Position numbers and translations under genes: made by a program. The notes beneath the pieces were generated by a model that saw nothing but the letters and a program-made list of their open reading frames with translations, did not search any database and was not told the origin of the DNA. 64,000 bases of DNA. Source: Mobula hypostoma. Taxonomy: Eukaryota. Position 1 is the stretch's first letter, and every line of letters starts with the position of its first letter. The stretch spans positions 166,162,001 through 166,226,000 of the forward strand of contig NC_086097.1 in assembly GCF_963921235.1 (NCBI RefSeq), written 5' to 3'. Below, in pieces: positions 49,941 through 62,889 of this stretch.

Positions 49941-52900
49941 TGGCAGGGTGAATTCTAGTATATTATTATCAGTGTAATCACTTGATGGAAATTGCCACAC
50001 AACCTTCTAAACAAAGGGAATGCAAACTAAAGATGTATAGTATGTTGTGTGTGTAACCCTTGGGCTCAGCCAGCATGTGTTTGTCTAGGGGAGGACGCCT
50101 CTGGCCCAGCCAAACTGAGAAATCTCATTTGTGTGGATGCTGTGTGATGTGTTGCCCGGTTACAAATCCAAACCACAATATATCAGACAGTACACCATAT
50201 GCAATTATACAAGTGAATTTTATAAATCTTAATCTAACTACAGGGTTAGTGAAGAAAATAAAAAGAAAAAGGGCCTGGTCCACATGGCGAGGCCTCCCCC
50301 GACCTATCACTCGTGCTCACCTGCAACTTGCACCCCTCTGTCTCATGGCCAAGCCAAACTTCATCCCCTGCAGTGTCCTGTTGCATCCCAGGTTCCCACA
50401 GATAGCCCCTCCCCCACTTCACCTGACTCATTGGGAGAAAGGCTGGGAGTCTCTTCTTCAATCAATGGGCAGTTAGCAAAAGGCAGCAGATACCACACAT
50501 CCAGGTCCTCAGCCTCCGAATCAGTATCCCTCTCAGGGGTAGGAGCCGGCCTAACCTCTCCTGCTGTGGGCTCTGCAGTCGCCCTGCCTTCCGTAGAGTC
50601 CTCTTACTAGGTGTAGACTTCAAGTCAGGCTCTGAGTCTACCTGCACCTCTTGTCCCAGGTGGATCTGATGGAGAATCTTGCCAGGCCCATTCCCATCCA
50701 CTGGTTTCACCTGGAAAACTGGTAGGTTTGGCATCTGACTCTCCATCACATAGGGCTTAGCTGCCCAGTGGCCAGCCAATTTGTGTTTCCCAGGTAGCCC
50801 CAAATACCTTATGAGGACCCGGACTCCTGGCAGGAGTTGGAGAACCTTACCTTTTGATCATACCTCCTCTTATTTCCCTGATTCTGCTGGGCAGCCGTGA
50901 CCCCAGCTAAATCATAAGCCCTTTTCAGCTCTCTTCTCATGTCAGACACATACTTCAGATAAGTCTTTGGTGGTAAGTCACCCTTGTCAGTCCCAAAACA
51001 AAAGTCAGTGGGCAACTTTGCCTCGTGCCCAAACATCAGATAATATGGTGAGTACCCAGTAGCTTCATTTCGAGTACAGTTGTAACTGTGAACCAAATGT
51101 GCAATATGTTGACTTCACCTGCTCTTCTTGCTGATCTCCAGGGTCCCGAGCTTGTCCAGCAAGGTCCGATTAAACCTCTCTGGCTGGGGATCACCCTGCG
51201 GGTGATGGTGCGTGGTCCTTGACTTCTCATCTCCAAGCATGCCCAGTAACTCATGGATGAGTCTGCTCTCAAAATCCCGTCCCTGATCACTATGTATCTG
51301 TCTGGAGAGGCCATAAGAGATGAAATACTTATCCCATAACACTTTGGCCACCGTAGATGCCCTCTGGTCCTTGGTAGGAAAAGCCTGAGCATATCTGGTG
51401 TAGTGGTCCGTGATGACTAAGACATTCGCCGTGTTGCTGGCATCGGGTTCTATTGACAGGAAATCCATACACCCCAGGTCCAGAGGCCCTGCACTCTGCA
51501 GGTGGGACAAGGGAGCTGCCTGCGTAGGCAGTGCCTTCTGCCGTGTGCTTCGAATGCACGGTTTGTAGTATTCCTCGACCTTCGGCTTCATTCAGGGCAA
51601 GTAAAACTGGTCTCTGAGCAATCCATAGGTCTTTTCAACCCCCAAATGTCCAGAAGCAACATAAAGTGACTTCAACACAATCCTCCGATACTTCTCCGGC
51701 AGAACCAGCTGGCAATACCGAGGCTGGTCTGGGGTGACATGATCTGGCATAAGATCTGGTTCCGCAACTCTAACCAAGGCCATTCTCCCAGTAATGAATG
51801 CGTGTTTTGTCTTCTCTGCCTGAGCTGTGTCTCCCTTTTTGACCGCTGACCAAATGGTACCGATGCCTGGATCATTTCGCTGAGCAGCTGCTACTTCCCC
51901 AGAACTCAATTCCGGCAGCTGATTTGTCTTCAGAGCAGTCAGGTTACAGTAAACTTGTGGAATTACGTCATCAGAAGCTCCCAATTGATCCACCACTCAA
52001 TCCTGCCCCTGCTTTCCCTCTGCCTTCACCGTGATGGCAAACTGACAAATGGCTTTCACCCCCGGGGCAGGAACACTCGCCTACTCCTCGTCCCTGACCA
52101 GTCTCTCATGCACCCGGCAGGACAAAGCATCAGCATCAATGTTCCTGCTTCCCGGCCGGTACTTCAGGCTGAAATCATAGGCAGACAACGCTGCCAACCA
52201 CTGGTGGCCTGTGGCATCCAGTTTCGCCGAGGTCAGGATATAAGTTAGGGGTTTGTTGTCAGTCCTCACCTCAAACTTGGCCGAATAGAGGTAGTCACTC
52301 AGCTTATCCACCATCGCCCATTTCAATGCCAGAAATTCCAACTTGTGTGTGGGATAGTTCTTCTCTGAGGGCGACAGACTCTGGCTGACGAACGCAATGG
52401 GTCTCATCCCGGTGTCCTGATCCTGATACAGGACGCCAGCTAAACCCTCTCGGCTGGCATCCGTGTGGAGTACGTACGGCAATCGGGGGTCCGCAAAAGC
52501 CAGCACTGGCGCCTGGGTCAGCAGCTCCTTCAGCGACTGAAAGGCCTCTTCACATTTTATATCCCACCTCGGTCCAAAGGGCTCCGATGGGCTAAGATAC
52601 TCTCCACCCTCCTGTTCTTTTCTCTTCTCCTCCCTTTCTTCCCCAAGGGAGAGTAACCGCATAGAAGCTGATTCAAAGGGTCCTTCATGAACCTCCGATA
52701 GTAACCACAGAACCCAAGGAACGAGTGCAGAGTGCTCACAGTCTGGGTCTTGGCCAAGTGGTCACCGCCTCTATCTTAGCTGGATTTGTAGCTACTCCAT
52801 ACCGGGAAGCTATGTGCCCAACGTACCTAACAGACATTTTGCAGAGCTGGCACTTGTCCAGGGAAAATTTTAACCCTTCAACTTTCAGGCAGCTCAGCAC

Positions 52901-54376
52901 CTTCAGCAGCCTCACTTCATGTTCCTCCAAGGTGGATCCAAACACTATAAGGTCATCCAGATACACCAATACCTCAAGCAAGTTCATATCCCCCACTGTT
53001 TTCTCCATGACATGCTGGAAGTTTGCAGGGGCTCCCAATAAGCCCTGGGGCATCCTGTCGAACTGGAAAAATCTCAGAAGACATATAAGTGTCATTTTCT
53101 CTGTCGGCTTTACTCATAGGGATCTGGTAATATCCACTCCTCAAGTCCAGCACATTAAACCACTCTGCACCACCCAGACAAGCCAGTGGGTCTTCAATCC
53201 TTGGGACCATATACTGGTCAGGGATGGTGCACCTGTTCAGAGTCCTATAGTCCACACACATCCGTACCTTCCCGTTCTTCTTCCGGGCCACTACTATTGG
53301 AGATGCATAGGGGCTTCGGGACTTTGTGATGATCTCAGCTTCCTTCAATTTACACAAATGCTGCCGAACATCTTCCATGTCTGCAGGGGCCAGTCTCTGT
53401 GATCTTTCTCCAAATGGGTTATCCTTGGTCATCCGGGTAATGTAACAAGTACTCTTTGAACAACCCACATCAAACTTGTCAGTGGAAAAGACACCTTCCA
53501 GCTTCAACATCTTCTCTACTGACCTGCTCTTCCAACCCGCAGGCATCGGGGAGACCCGGAAGTTGAATGACTCAGCAGTCAACTTTCCCCCTTTTTCCAA
53601 TAGTTTCTCCCTGGCGTGTCTCACAGGGGCACTAGACATTACTGTCACTGGGAACAGATGTGCCAGGGGCATCCCCTGCTTGAAGGTGACCTCCCTCTTC
53701 GTAGTGTTCCTGATAATCCCTGCCATCCTGCTCTGCTGGGGTACTGCAGAACAGAGGGCTTTTGCAGTACCCCAGCAGGAAATCCTGACTCCCCTTCGTG
53801 GGAGTGTCCACTAAGAGGGCCTCGCCTTCAGGCACTCCAGGAAATTTCGGGGTCCCCATCACTCTCGCTACTGTCTTGAGCCGTACCACCAGTAGTTTCG
53901 ACTAGGTGAACCACACAGTCCCTCGTCTAAATTCGGTATCTGACCCAATGCTGCCATGCACTTCCTCAAAAGCAGCTCGAAACCCCGGGTGCATGGACAA
54001 TGTTCCCAGAAAGCTCTCCCCAGCCTTCTCCTTGCAGGCCTCCATGAGCCTCTTCGCAAGAGGGGTGTTGGTCCTCACCAGTATTGAAACACCGCCCTTC
54101 TCAACGGGGTCCAGACAAACCAGCACTAATGTATCAAGGACCTCAGACACTCCCACATCGGCCTCCAAGAACTCCAGCTTCACTGACAAGTAACCGTCGT
54201 ATGGACAATCACCAGCTCTGAGACTCCAGATCTCCAGTGCCCTGAATGGTGTCAATGGTAAATGCTTCAGATACCGGTTGTAAAATGAACGGTACAACAT
54301 GACCTATGGCTTTAGGATAAATGCCCTCTACCCGTAGCGACACACTGGAGCATGGTCCCACTAAGCCTATAGAAAT

Positions 54377-54427
54377 CAACACACATCAAAGTTGCTTGAA
54401 TTTCCAGCATCTGCAGAATTCCTGTTG
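54377..54427. mobile_element. 51-bp Penelope terminal fragment with internal inversion
   Basis: Matches 1451-1502 with the first ~19 nt inverted. 15-bp TSD TAAGCCTATAGAAAT/TAAGCCCATAGGAAT. Confidence 0.8.
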
Positions 54428-55554
54428 TAAGCCCATAGGAATAGTGTTTTTTGCTTTTGTGGGTTCCTTGATATATTGCTGGGAACATGTTCCCCCAGAG
54501 ACAACTGGCCGTTCACTCGCTGGGTCTCCTCTAAGTTTCCCAACACCTCTCCCTGCTTAGGTAACTGGGGGCTCACTCTCCGAGGGGCTTCCCACCGCTC
54601 ACACTCCCGCCTGAAGTGGCCCTCTTCACCACAGTAATAGCAGACGATACCGGCCGCCTCCCTTCTCGCCAGCCACCCGCAGCTCTCTGCGTAGTCCGTC
54701 CCCTTAGGGGGTCCCCCGCTCTACCAGTCTTATCATACTGTGGGTGGGGGGGTCCACTCCCGTGGTTAACACCTGGGACATCTCAGTTCCCAGCTCTGCC
54801 ACAATGTCCTTTACCATCCCCCGGCTTGGGCTAGTCGCGGTCACTACTGAGGACTGTACCCTGCTGATAGAGCCCTCCTGCACCTCCGACACATTCTCCT
54901 CTTCCCATACCTCTCTAATCAGCTCAAAAAAGAAGGGAGGGGGGCACGTCTTACGGGACTGTTGGAGACCCCAAGCAATCAAATCCTGAGACTGGGCACC
55001 CTTGGCTATCTGGTCCATTCTTAACTTATCCATTTCAGCAGCCTGAATGACCCCTCTGCACTGCAAAAAATTTAGCTGCCTCTCTAACCACAAAATGTAA
55101 GCAGAAACCTTCTACCCCTTCTCTTGACGCATGTTCTGAACCCCACCATGAGCTCCACTGGGCTCCCTGTCGTACCAAAGGCGCTCTCCAATGCGCCCAG
55201 ATAATCGGCAAGATTAGCGAAGAGTTGGCATGTTTTCACAGCTCTCACCATGTCAGGGGCCAACCCACTCAAACTTCCAACCAATCTGTCACTTTACGTC
55301 ATCAGAGCACTGCCGTTCATATAACAACTGAAAGGTCTGATCTGCTCAAGTCATATGCTCCTCTTTCCCCTCGAGGGTGGGCATTATTCCGGAGAATATT
55401 CTCTCTCCACTCACGTCTTCTCTTTTCATCTCTCGCTGATAAAAGAGCGCAAAATCCCTGCTCTCAGACCCACAAGAAAGAACAACATGCCTCTCATTGT
55501 CTAGCACACATTCCAAAGGCCCCATTATCTCTAGTCATAACCCAAACATTGCTG

Positions 55555-55653
55555 CTACAGAGAAACCATTACCTCAGCAGTGAAAGATTACAGAGAGGCC
55601 ATTACGTTAGCAGTGAAACATTACAGAGAGGCCATTACATTAGCAGTGAAACC
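55555..55653. repeat. 3 x 33-bp tandem repeat in the LTR
   Basis: Units at 55555, 55588 and 55621 (YTACAGAGARRCCATTACNTYAGCAGTGAAASM). Confidence 0.9.
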
Positions 55654-56451
55654 TTGCAGTGTGTTACACGTGATTTAACTATTTTAGCAGGGTTATATTA
55701 TGCTATTATTCTTCTAAAGACAGCCTACACTTCTTGATATATTGCAGGGAAATTGTACTGCAGATTGGATTTAATCTCTGAAGCATTGCTCATCAGTTGA
55801 GAGCTAGCAAGTCCAGTCACTTAGAATATTTACCGTAAAGTTACAGCAATCTCTTACCATTTTGATAATTATACTGCTTTCTTTTACTTCTTCAACCAGG
55901 AAGGACAATTCAGATATTCCCACAATTTTCTCCATTTTACAGAGCTTTATCCATACATAATCCATTTGTAGCCTTGCTATACACTCTTCTTGATGATGTC
56001 AGTTTGTGCTTTCAGTAAATTCAGCAACTAATCCTTGACGTGTTAATCCAGCTCAGTAATATAAATTGGAGGACCCAGCACTGAACCCTGACACACACCA
56101 CTTGTCTATTGTGCATATTTTAAAAGCTTCCTTTAAATATTTTCCAGAGCTACTCCACTGACTTATCCTTTAATTACATATGCTAGTTCACTTTGTCTGA
56201 TATTCTATGCCTTCATAATTGCCTTTATTTAAGTTTAAAGTCTTTTTCTTTCGTTCATTCTTCTCTCGCTCAAACTAACTGCAAACTTTAATTATGTTGT
56301 GATCACTGTTAGCTATGAGAATTTTCACAGTGTTGCCTTTAATTAATCCTCCTCTCATATTGCACAGCAAATGCCACTGCTTAATAGCATCAGAGCCCTG
56401 CTTCACTTCTGATATCTGGTGCTGTCTTTGTGGAGTTTGCATATTCCCCCA

Positions 56452-56777
56452 GGCGGCACAGTAGAACAGCGGCTTGCGTAATGCTTTACAGTGCCAGCAA
56501 CTTCTGCTGCTGTCTGTAAGGAGTTTGCACGTTCTCCCCATGGCTGTGTGTATTTCCTCTGGATGCTCTGGCTTCCTCCCACGTTCCAAAGCTGTGTGGG
56601 CTAGTTAGTAAGGATTAGTGAGTTGTGATCATGCTATGTTGGCACTGGAAGCATGGCGGCACTTGAGGGCTGCCACAAGCACATCCTTGCAAAGTGTCGA
56701 TCATTGATGCAAATGGTGCGTTTCATTGCATGTGTCAATGCACATGTAACAAATAAAGCTTATCTTCAAATCTTCTT
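56452..56777 (+). mobile_element. V-SINE/HE1-like SINE nested in another V-SINE (pieces at about 56415-56450, 56778-56835 and 60354-60410)
   Basis: GGCGGCACAGTAG head and a V-domain-like core GGAGTTTGCACGTTCTCCCC...TTTCCTC..GATGCTC.GG.TTCCTCCCAC..TCCAAAG. The same core is split around it. Confidence 0.75.
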
Positions 56778-56835
56778 CCTTGTGAGTGTGTGGATTTCAT
56801 CTGGGTGCTCCAGTTTTCTCTCATATCCCAATAAT

Positions 56836-59800
56836 AGAAACCATAGAAACGATCGATAAACTACAGCACAGAAACAGGCCTTTTGGCCCTTCTTGGCTGT
56901 GCTGAACCATTTTCTGCCTAGTCCCACTGACATGCACACGGACCATATCCCTCCATACACCTCCCATCCATGTATCTGTCCAATTTATTCTTAAATGTTA
57001 AACAAGAACCCACATTTACCACTTTGTCTGGCAGCTCATTCCACACTCCCACCACTCTCTGTGTGAAGAATCCCCCTTCACCCTTAACCCATGTCCTCTG
57101 GTTTTTTTCTCCCCTTGCCTCAGTGGAAAAAGCCTGCTTGCATTCACTCTATCTGTACCCATCATAATTTTATATACCTCTATCAAATCTCCCCTCATTC
57201 TTCTACGCTCCAGGGAATAAAGTCCTAACCTATTCAACCTTTCTCTGTAGCTGAGTTTCTCAAGTCCCGGCAACATCCTGGTAAACCTTCTCTGCACTCT
57301 TTCAACCTTATTAATATCCTTCCTGTAATTTGGTGACCAAAACTGAACACAATACTCCAGATTCAGCCTCACCAATGCCTTATACAACCTCATCATAATA
57401 TTCTAGCTCTTATACTCAATACTTTGATTAATAAAGGCCAATGTACCAAAAGCTCTCTTTACAACCCTATCTACCTGTGATGCCACTTTTAGGGAATTTT
57501 GTATCTGTATTCCCAGATCCCTTTGTTCTACTGCACTCCTCAGTGCCTTACCATTAACCCTGTATGTTCTACCTTGGTTTGTCCTTCCAACGTGCAGTAC
57601 CTCACACTTGTCTGTATTAAACTCAATCTGCCATTTTTCAGCCCATTTTTCCAGCTGGTCCAAATCCCTCTGCAAGCTTTGAAAATCTTCCTCACTGTCC
57701 ACTACACCTCCAATCTTTGTATCATCAGCAAATTTGCTGATCCAATTTACCACATTATCATCTAGATCATTGATATAGATGACAAATAACAATGGACCCA
57801 GCACTGATCCCTGTGGCACACCACTAGTCACAGGCCTCCACTCTGAGAAGCAATCCTCTACTACCACTCTTTGGCTTCTTCCATTGAGCCAATGTCTAAT
57901 CCAATTTACCACCTCTCCATGTATACCTAGCGATTGAATTTTCCTAACTAACCTCCCATATGGGACTTTGTCAAAGGCCTTACTGAAGTCCATGTAGACA
58001 ACATCCACAGCCTTTCCTTCATCCACTTTCCTGGTAACCTCCTCGAAAAACTCCAACAGATTGGTCAAACATGACCTACCACGCACAAAGCCATGTTGAC
58101 TCTCCCTAATAAGCCCCTGTCTATCCACATGCTTGTAGATTCTGTCTCTTAGTACTCCCTCCAATAACTTACCCACTATCAACGTCAAACTTACCGGCCT
58201 ATAATTTCCTGGATTACTTTTTGAACCTTTTTTAAACAACGGAACAACATGAGCCATTCTCCGATCCTCCGGCACCTCACCCGTAGACACCGACATTTTA
58301 AATATACCTGCCAGGGGCTCTGCAATTTCAATACTAATCTCCCTCAAGGTCCAAGGGAATACCCTGTCAGATCCTGGGGATTTATCCACTTTAATTTGCC
58401 TCAAGATAGCAAGCACCTCCTCCTTTTCAATTTGTACAGTTTCCATGATCTCACTACTTGTTTCCCTTAATTCCATAGAGTTCATGCCAGTTTCCTTAGT
58501 AAATACAGACACAAAAAAACCATTTAAGATCTCCCCCATTTCTTTTGGTTCCATACATAGCGGACCACTCTAATCTTCAAGAGGACCAATTTTATCCCTT
58601 ACAATCCTTTCACTCTTAATATACCTGTGAAAGCTCTTTGGATTATCCTTCGCTTTGACTGCCAAGGCAACCTCATTTCTTCTTTTAGCCATTCTGATTT
58701 CCTTCTTAAGTATTTTCTTGCACTTTTTATACTCTCAAGCACCTTATTTACTCCCTGTTTCCTATACATTTCATAAAACTCTCTCTTCTTTATCAGAGTT
58801 GGAATATCCCTTGAGAACCAAGTTTCCTTATTCCTATTCACTTTGCCTTTAATCCTGACAGGAACATACAAGCTCTGCACTCTCAAAATTTCTCCTTTGA
58901 AGGCTTCCCACTTACCGATCACATCTTTGCCAGAGAACAACCTGTCCCAATCCACGCTTTTTAGATCCTTTCTCATTTCTTCAAATTTGGCCGCCTTCCA
59001 GTTTAGAAACTCAACCCTAGGACCAGATCTAACTTTATCCATGATCAAGTTGAAACTAATGGTGTTATGATCACTGGAACCAAAGTGCTCCCCTACACAC
59101 ACTTCCGTCACTTGTCCTAAATCATTTCCTAATAGGAGATCTAATATTGCATCCTCTCTAGACGGTACCTCTATGTATTGATTTAGAGAACTTTCCTGAA
59201 CACGTTTTACAAACTCTAAACCATCTAGACCCCTAACAGTATGGGAGTCCCAATCAATATGTGGAAAATTAAATTCCCCTACCACCGCAACTTTATGTTT
59301 CCTGCAGTTGCCTGCTATCTCTCTGCTGATTTGCTCCTCCAATTCTTGCTGTCTATTGGGTGGTCTATAATACAACCCCACTAATATGGCCATACCTTTC
59401 CTGTTTCTCAGCTCCAAACATAAGGACTCAGTAGACAAGCCCTCTAATCTGTCCTGCCTGAGCACTGCTGTAACATTTTTCCTGACAAGCAATGCTACCC
59501 CCCCGACCTTTCATTCCTCTGCCTCGATCACATCTGAAACATCGGAACCCTGGAATATTAAGCTGCCAGTCCTGCCAAGTTTCACTAATTGCTACAACGT
59601 CATAATTCCACGTGTCAATCCACGCCCTCAACTCATCCGCCTTCCCCGCAATACTCCTAGCATTGAAATATATACACCTCAGAAGATTTTTACCACCACT
59701 CACAACCTTTCTATCAGCGGATTTGCTTGAACTTTTAACATCATTTATTTTCACCCCAGCCACACTGTCAGCTCTGGCACTCTGGTTCCCATCCCCCTGC

Positions 59801-60353
59801 AAATCTAGTTTAAAGCCTCCCCAATAGCACTAACAAACCTCCCTGAAAGGATATTGGTCCCCTTGTAGTTCAAGTGTAACCTGTCTCTCTTGTACAGGTC
59901 CCACCTGCCCCAGGAGAGGTCCCAATGATCCTGAAATCTGAAACCCTGCCCCCTACACCAGTTCCTCAGCCACTTGTTCCTCCTCCAGAGCATCCTATTC
60001 CTACCCTCACTGGCACCCAGCACAGGTAGCAATCCTGAGATTACCACCCTCGAGGTCCTGCTTTTCAACTTCCTACCAAGCTCTCTATACTCACTCTCCA
60101 GGACCTCCTCACTCTTCCTTGCTATGTCATTGGTACCGACGTGCACCATGACATCTGGCTGATCACCCTCCCACTTCAGAATGTCATGCAATCGATCAGA
60201 GACATCCTTGACCCTGGTACCCGGGAGGCAACAAACCATCCTAGATTCTCTGTCACGACCACAGAACCTCCTATCTGTACCTCTAACTATCGAGTTCCCT
60301 ATCACTACCGCTCTCCTCTTTTCCCCCCTCCCTTCTGCACTGCAGAACCAGAC
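56836..60353 (-). mobile_element. Long CR1 LINE (ORF1 SGNH esterase, APE, RT) with a few stops and frameshifts
   Basis: ORFs 59805-60305 (esterase), 59428-59802 and 58599-59492 (APE), 57403-58554 and 57016-57396 (RT, KFADD). GTTTCTAT tail; possible TSD TAAT. Confidence 0.93.
59805..60305 (-). pseudogene. CR1 ORF1 SGNH/GDSL esterase domain (5'-truncated)
   Basis: Blocks IGNS (GDS), CLPG, HVGTND and DRLHL (DGLH). Confidence 0.85.
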
Positions 60354-61196
60354 TAATGTGAGGGTTGAAATATTAACTGGCCCTTCAAATTGTCCTTAGC
60401 GCGTAGGGACAGTCTCTTCTCATAGGTTAACCCCTTCACTTCTGGAATCAAGCTGATGAACCTCTTTTGCACCACCTCCAAAGCTAGCATATCTTTTCTC
60501 AAGTAAAGAGACCAGGACTGCATGCAGTGCTCACCAGTACCCTGTTCTGTTGCAGCATGCCTTCCCTGCCCTTAAATTCAATCACCACAATGGTGCAGCC
60601 CTTTAATGAGAAGGTAAACCAAAGGTTCCTCCCAGGTGCATACATCCCACAGCACTATCTCAATAACCTATCCGTGCTCTCAAAATATAATAGGATTTTG
60701 CACATCTTGATCCAGTACTGCATACGAGCAGGAGTGATGGATGATAATGCAGGATTTCCAGACCCTGATCCAAGGTAAAATGAAGTTCCTACTTTGAAAG
60801 AGCTGTAATAGTCAAAATGATGCATAAGGAATCCATTTGCAGAGTTTTGATCTGGCCCATTCTTGATCTGGAAAAAATTAAGAAAAATTAACGAAGAGAA
60901 AGTTTGGTGTCAGGACAGTCTGGATTTTTCCTAACACAACTACAGACTTGAACCCTGCGTGTAGCCATACGAGACTGATACAACCAAAGGAGTGAACTGA
61001 AGGCAACTGCAGGTTCAAGTTTCAGTTTCAGAAAGGGGAAGTGAGCATTTGAATGACAGCAAAAGCTAAATTGCATGGTCCTGATTTGGAGCCAGACAGG
61101 TTATTGTACCACAATATTTCAGAAATCACTCCGCATCACTCAAATCACAAATGTGCACAGACTATTAACATTAAGTGTCCCTTAATATTTATTTCT

Positions 61197-61430
61197 CTGA
61201 GGCTGTGACACTGCTGAACCTCTCATCACTGTGCTAAGCAGTATTGCATCTGGATTGTACTGGCTCAGTACTTTTATATTTGTGTGCTGTAGCACTTTCT
61301 TTATTCACAGTTATTTTGTAAATAACACTATTCTTTGCATTTCTGGTCAGATGCTAAATGCATTTCATTGGCTTTGTATCTGTACTCGGCACAATGACAA
61401 TAAAGTTGAATCTAATCTAATCTAATCTAA
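61197..61430 (+). mobile_element. Short Rex1/Babar-type 3' end with (AATCT)n tail
   Basis: Close match to 39411-39637. Confidence 0.88.
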
Positions 61431-61714
61431 ATTTTTCTTTGTGGATTCAAGTGCAAAATACGGTTGTGTAATCATTGAAGAATTTGAAAAGCAGCCTTAA
61501 AGCTGAAACAGAACTTCTTTTCACTTCAGCATCTTCAGTGGATATTTGCAGCTTCTTGCTTATTATTGTCACATCATATAGATACCCAGGTATCTAACCC
61601 CCTACTTGTTCCTTTGTTATTTCTTAAACCCGTAATATAACAATATAAATATTAGCATGTTCTCATCCAGCTCCTAAAAATATGAAAGGTTTATCAAAAA
61701 CCTTCTATAGGTAT

Positions 61715-62337
61715 AGAATATAAGAGCAGGGATGTGATGTTGAGGCTCTGTAAGGCCCTTGTGAGACCACGCTTGGAGTATTGTGTGCATTTTGGGGGTC
61801 CTTATTTTAGAAAGGACATACTGACATTGGAGAGGGTTCAGAGAACATTCATGAGCATGATTCCAGGAATGAAAGGGTTACCGTATGAGGAACGACTGGC
61901 AGCTGTTGGGCTGTGTTCCCTGGAGTTCAGGAGAATGAAGGGGGATCTCATAGAAACATCTCCTAATGTTAAAAGGCCTGAACAGATAGATATGGCAAAG
62001 TTATTTCCCATGGTAGGGGAGTCTAGGACAAGAGGGCACGACTTCAGGATTGAAGGACGTCCATTTAGAACAGGGATGCGGAGAAATTACTTTAGTCAGA
62101 GGGTGGTAAATCTGTGGAATTTATTGCCATGAGTGGCTGTGGAGGCCAAGTCATTAGGTGCATTTAAAGCAGAGATAGATAGGTTCTTCATTTGGCAGGG
62201 CATCAAAGGGGATAGGGAGAAGACAGGGGAGTGGGGATGACTGAAAGAATGGGATCAGCCCATGATTGAATGAAAGAACAGATTCAATGGGCCAAATGGC
62301 CTACTTCTGTTCCTATATCTTATGGTCTTATGGTCTT
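61715..62337 (+). mobile_element. CR1 3' fragment with (TCTTATGG)n tail
   Basis: ORF 61734-62132. Homologous to 23118-23528. Confidence 0.9.
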
Positions 62338-62889
62338 AAAAACTGTCTTTGAAAAAAAGACTAGTCAGCAAGAATCATATTTAAACGTCATCCTATGCTG
62401 GGTCAATCAATGCTGGGTACTTGTTTGAGGTGTTAATATCGTTCAATATCTTTGACAGGGGTGATTTGGTCTGGCATAAAATGGCTCTGAGTTCACTCAG
62501 AATTTCTGTTCCAAATTACCTTCTCTTGCCAGCAGAGTGTTTGTAGATGGACAAAATTCTGGGGTTCCTGTTAAAGTGGTTGTGATGTCCCTCAGGATTA
62601 AACACATCACTTGCTCTTGGCTCTGACAGTCATACAAAGGCTAGAGATTTACATGAAGAAACAGAGGACATCCGATGGCAATGAATAACATGGGTCAGCT
62701 CTTTATGGGTAAACAGAATAATTATGAAACTGTCCCTCTGTCCTGCCTTTTTGCCTCCTGATGCTACTGGCCCTCTCAACCCCATCTCTTAAGCCTCCCC
62801 CACCCTCTCCATCTGCCCATCAGCCTCACATTCTTCCCTTCAGCTCCCCTTCCCCTTATTCCATGTTCCACTATTCTCCCCTATCAGAC

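Larger units (their letters stand above)
50052..55668 (-). mobile_element. Ty3/Gypsy element with PNMA-type gag, protease region, RT, RNaseH and integrase (frameshifted); non-matching terminal LTR parts
   Basis: TGTAAC...GTTACA termini, TSD TGTG/CGTG. RT (SPYASPIVVARKKNG, LVYLDDLIVF), RNaseH (HTDAS...KLEFLALKWA), integrase (CMDFL, IHSDQGRDFES, ERFNRTL), gag (ALESAFGT...ELIREVWEEE). Confidence 0.9.

Noticed and set aside
55555..55653. 33-bp repeats as a CRISPR array
   Set aside because: Contiguous tandem units with no spacers, inside an LTR in eukaryotic DNA, with no cas genes.
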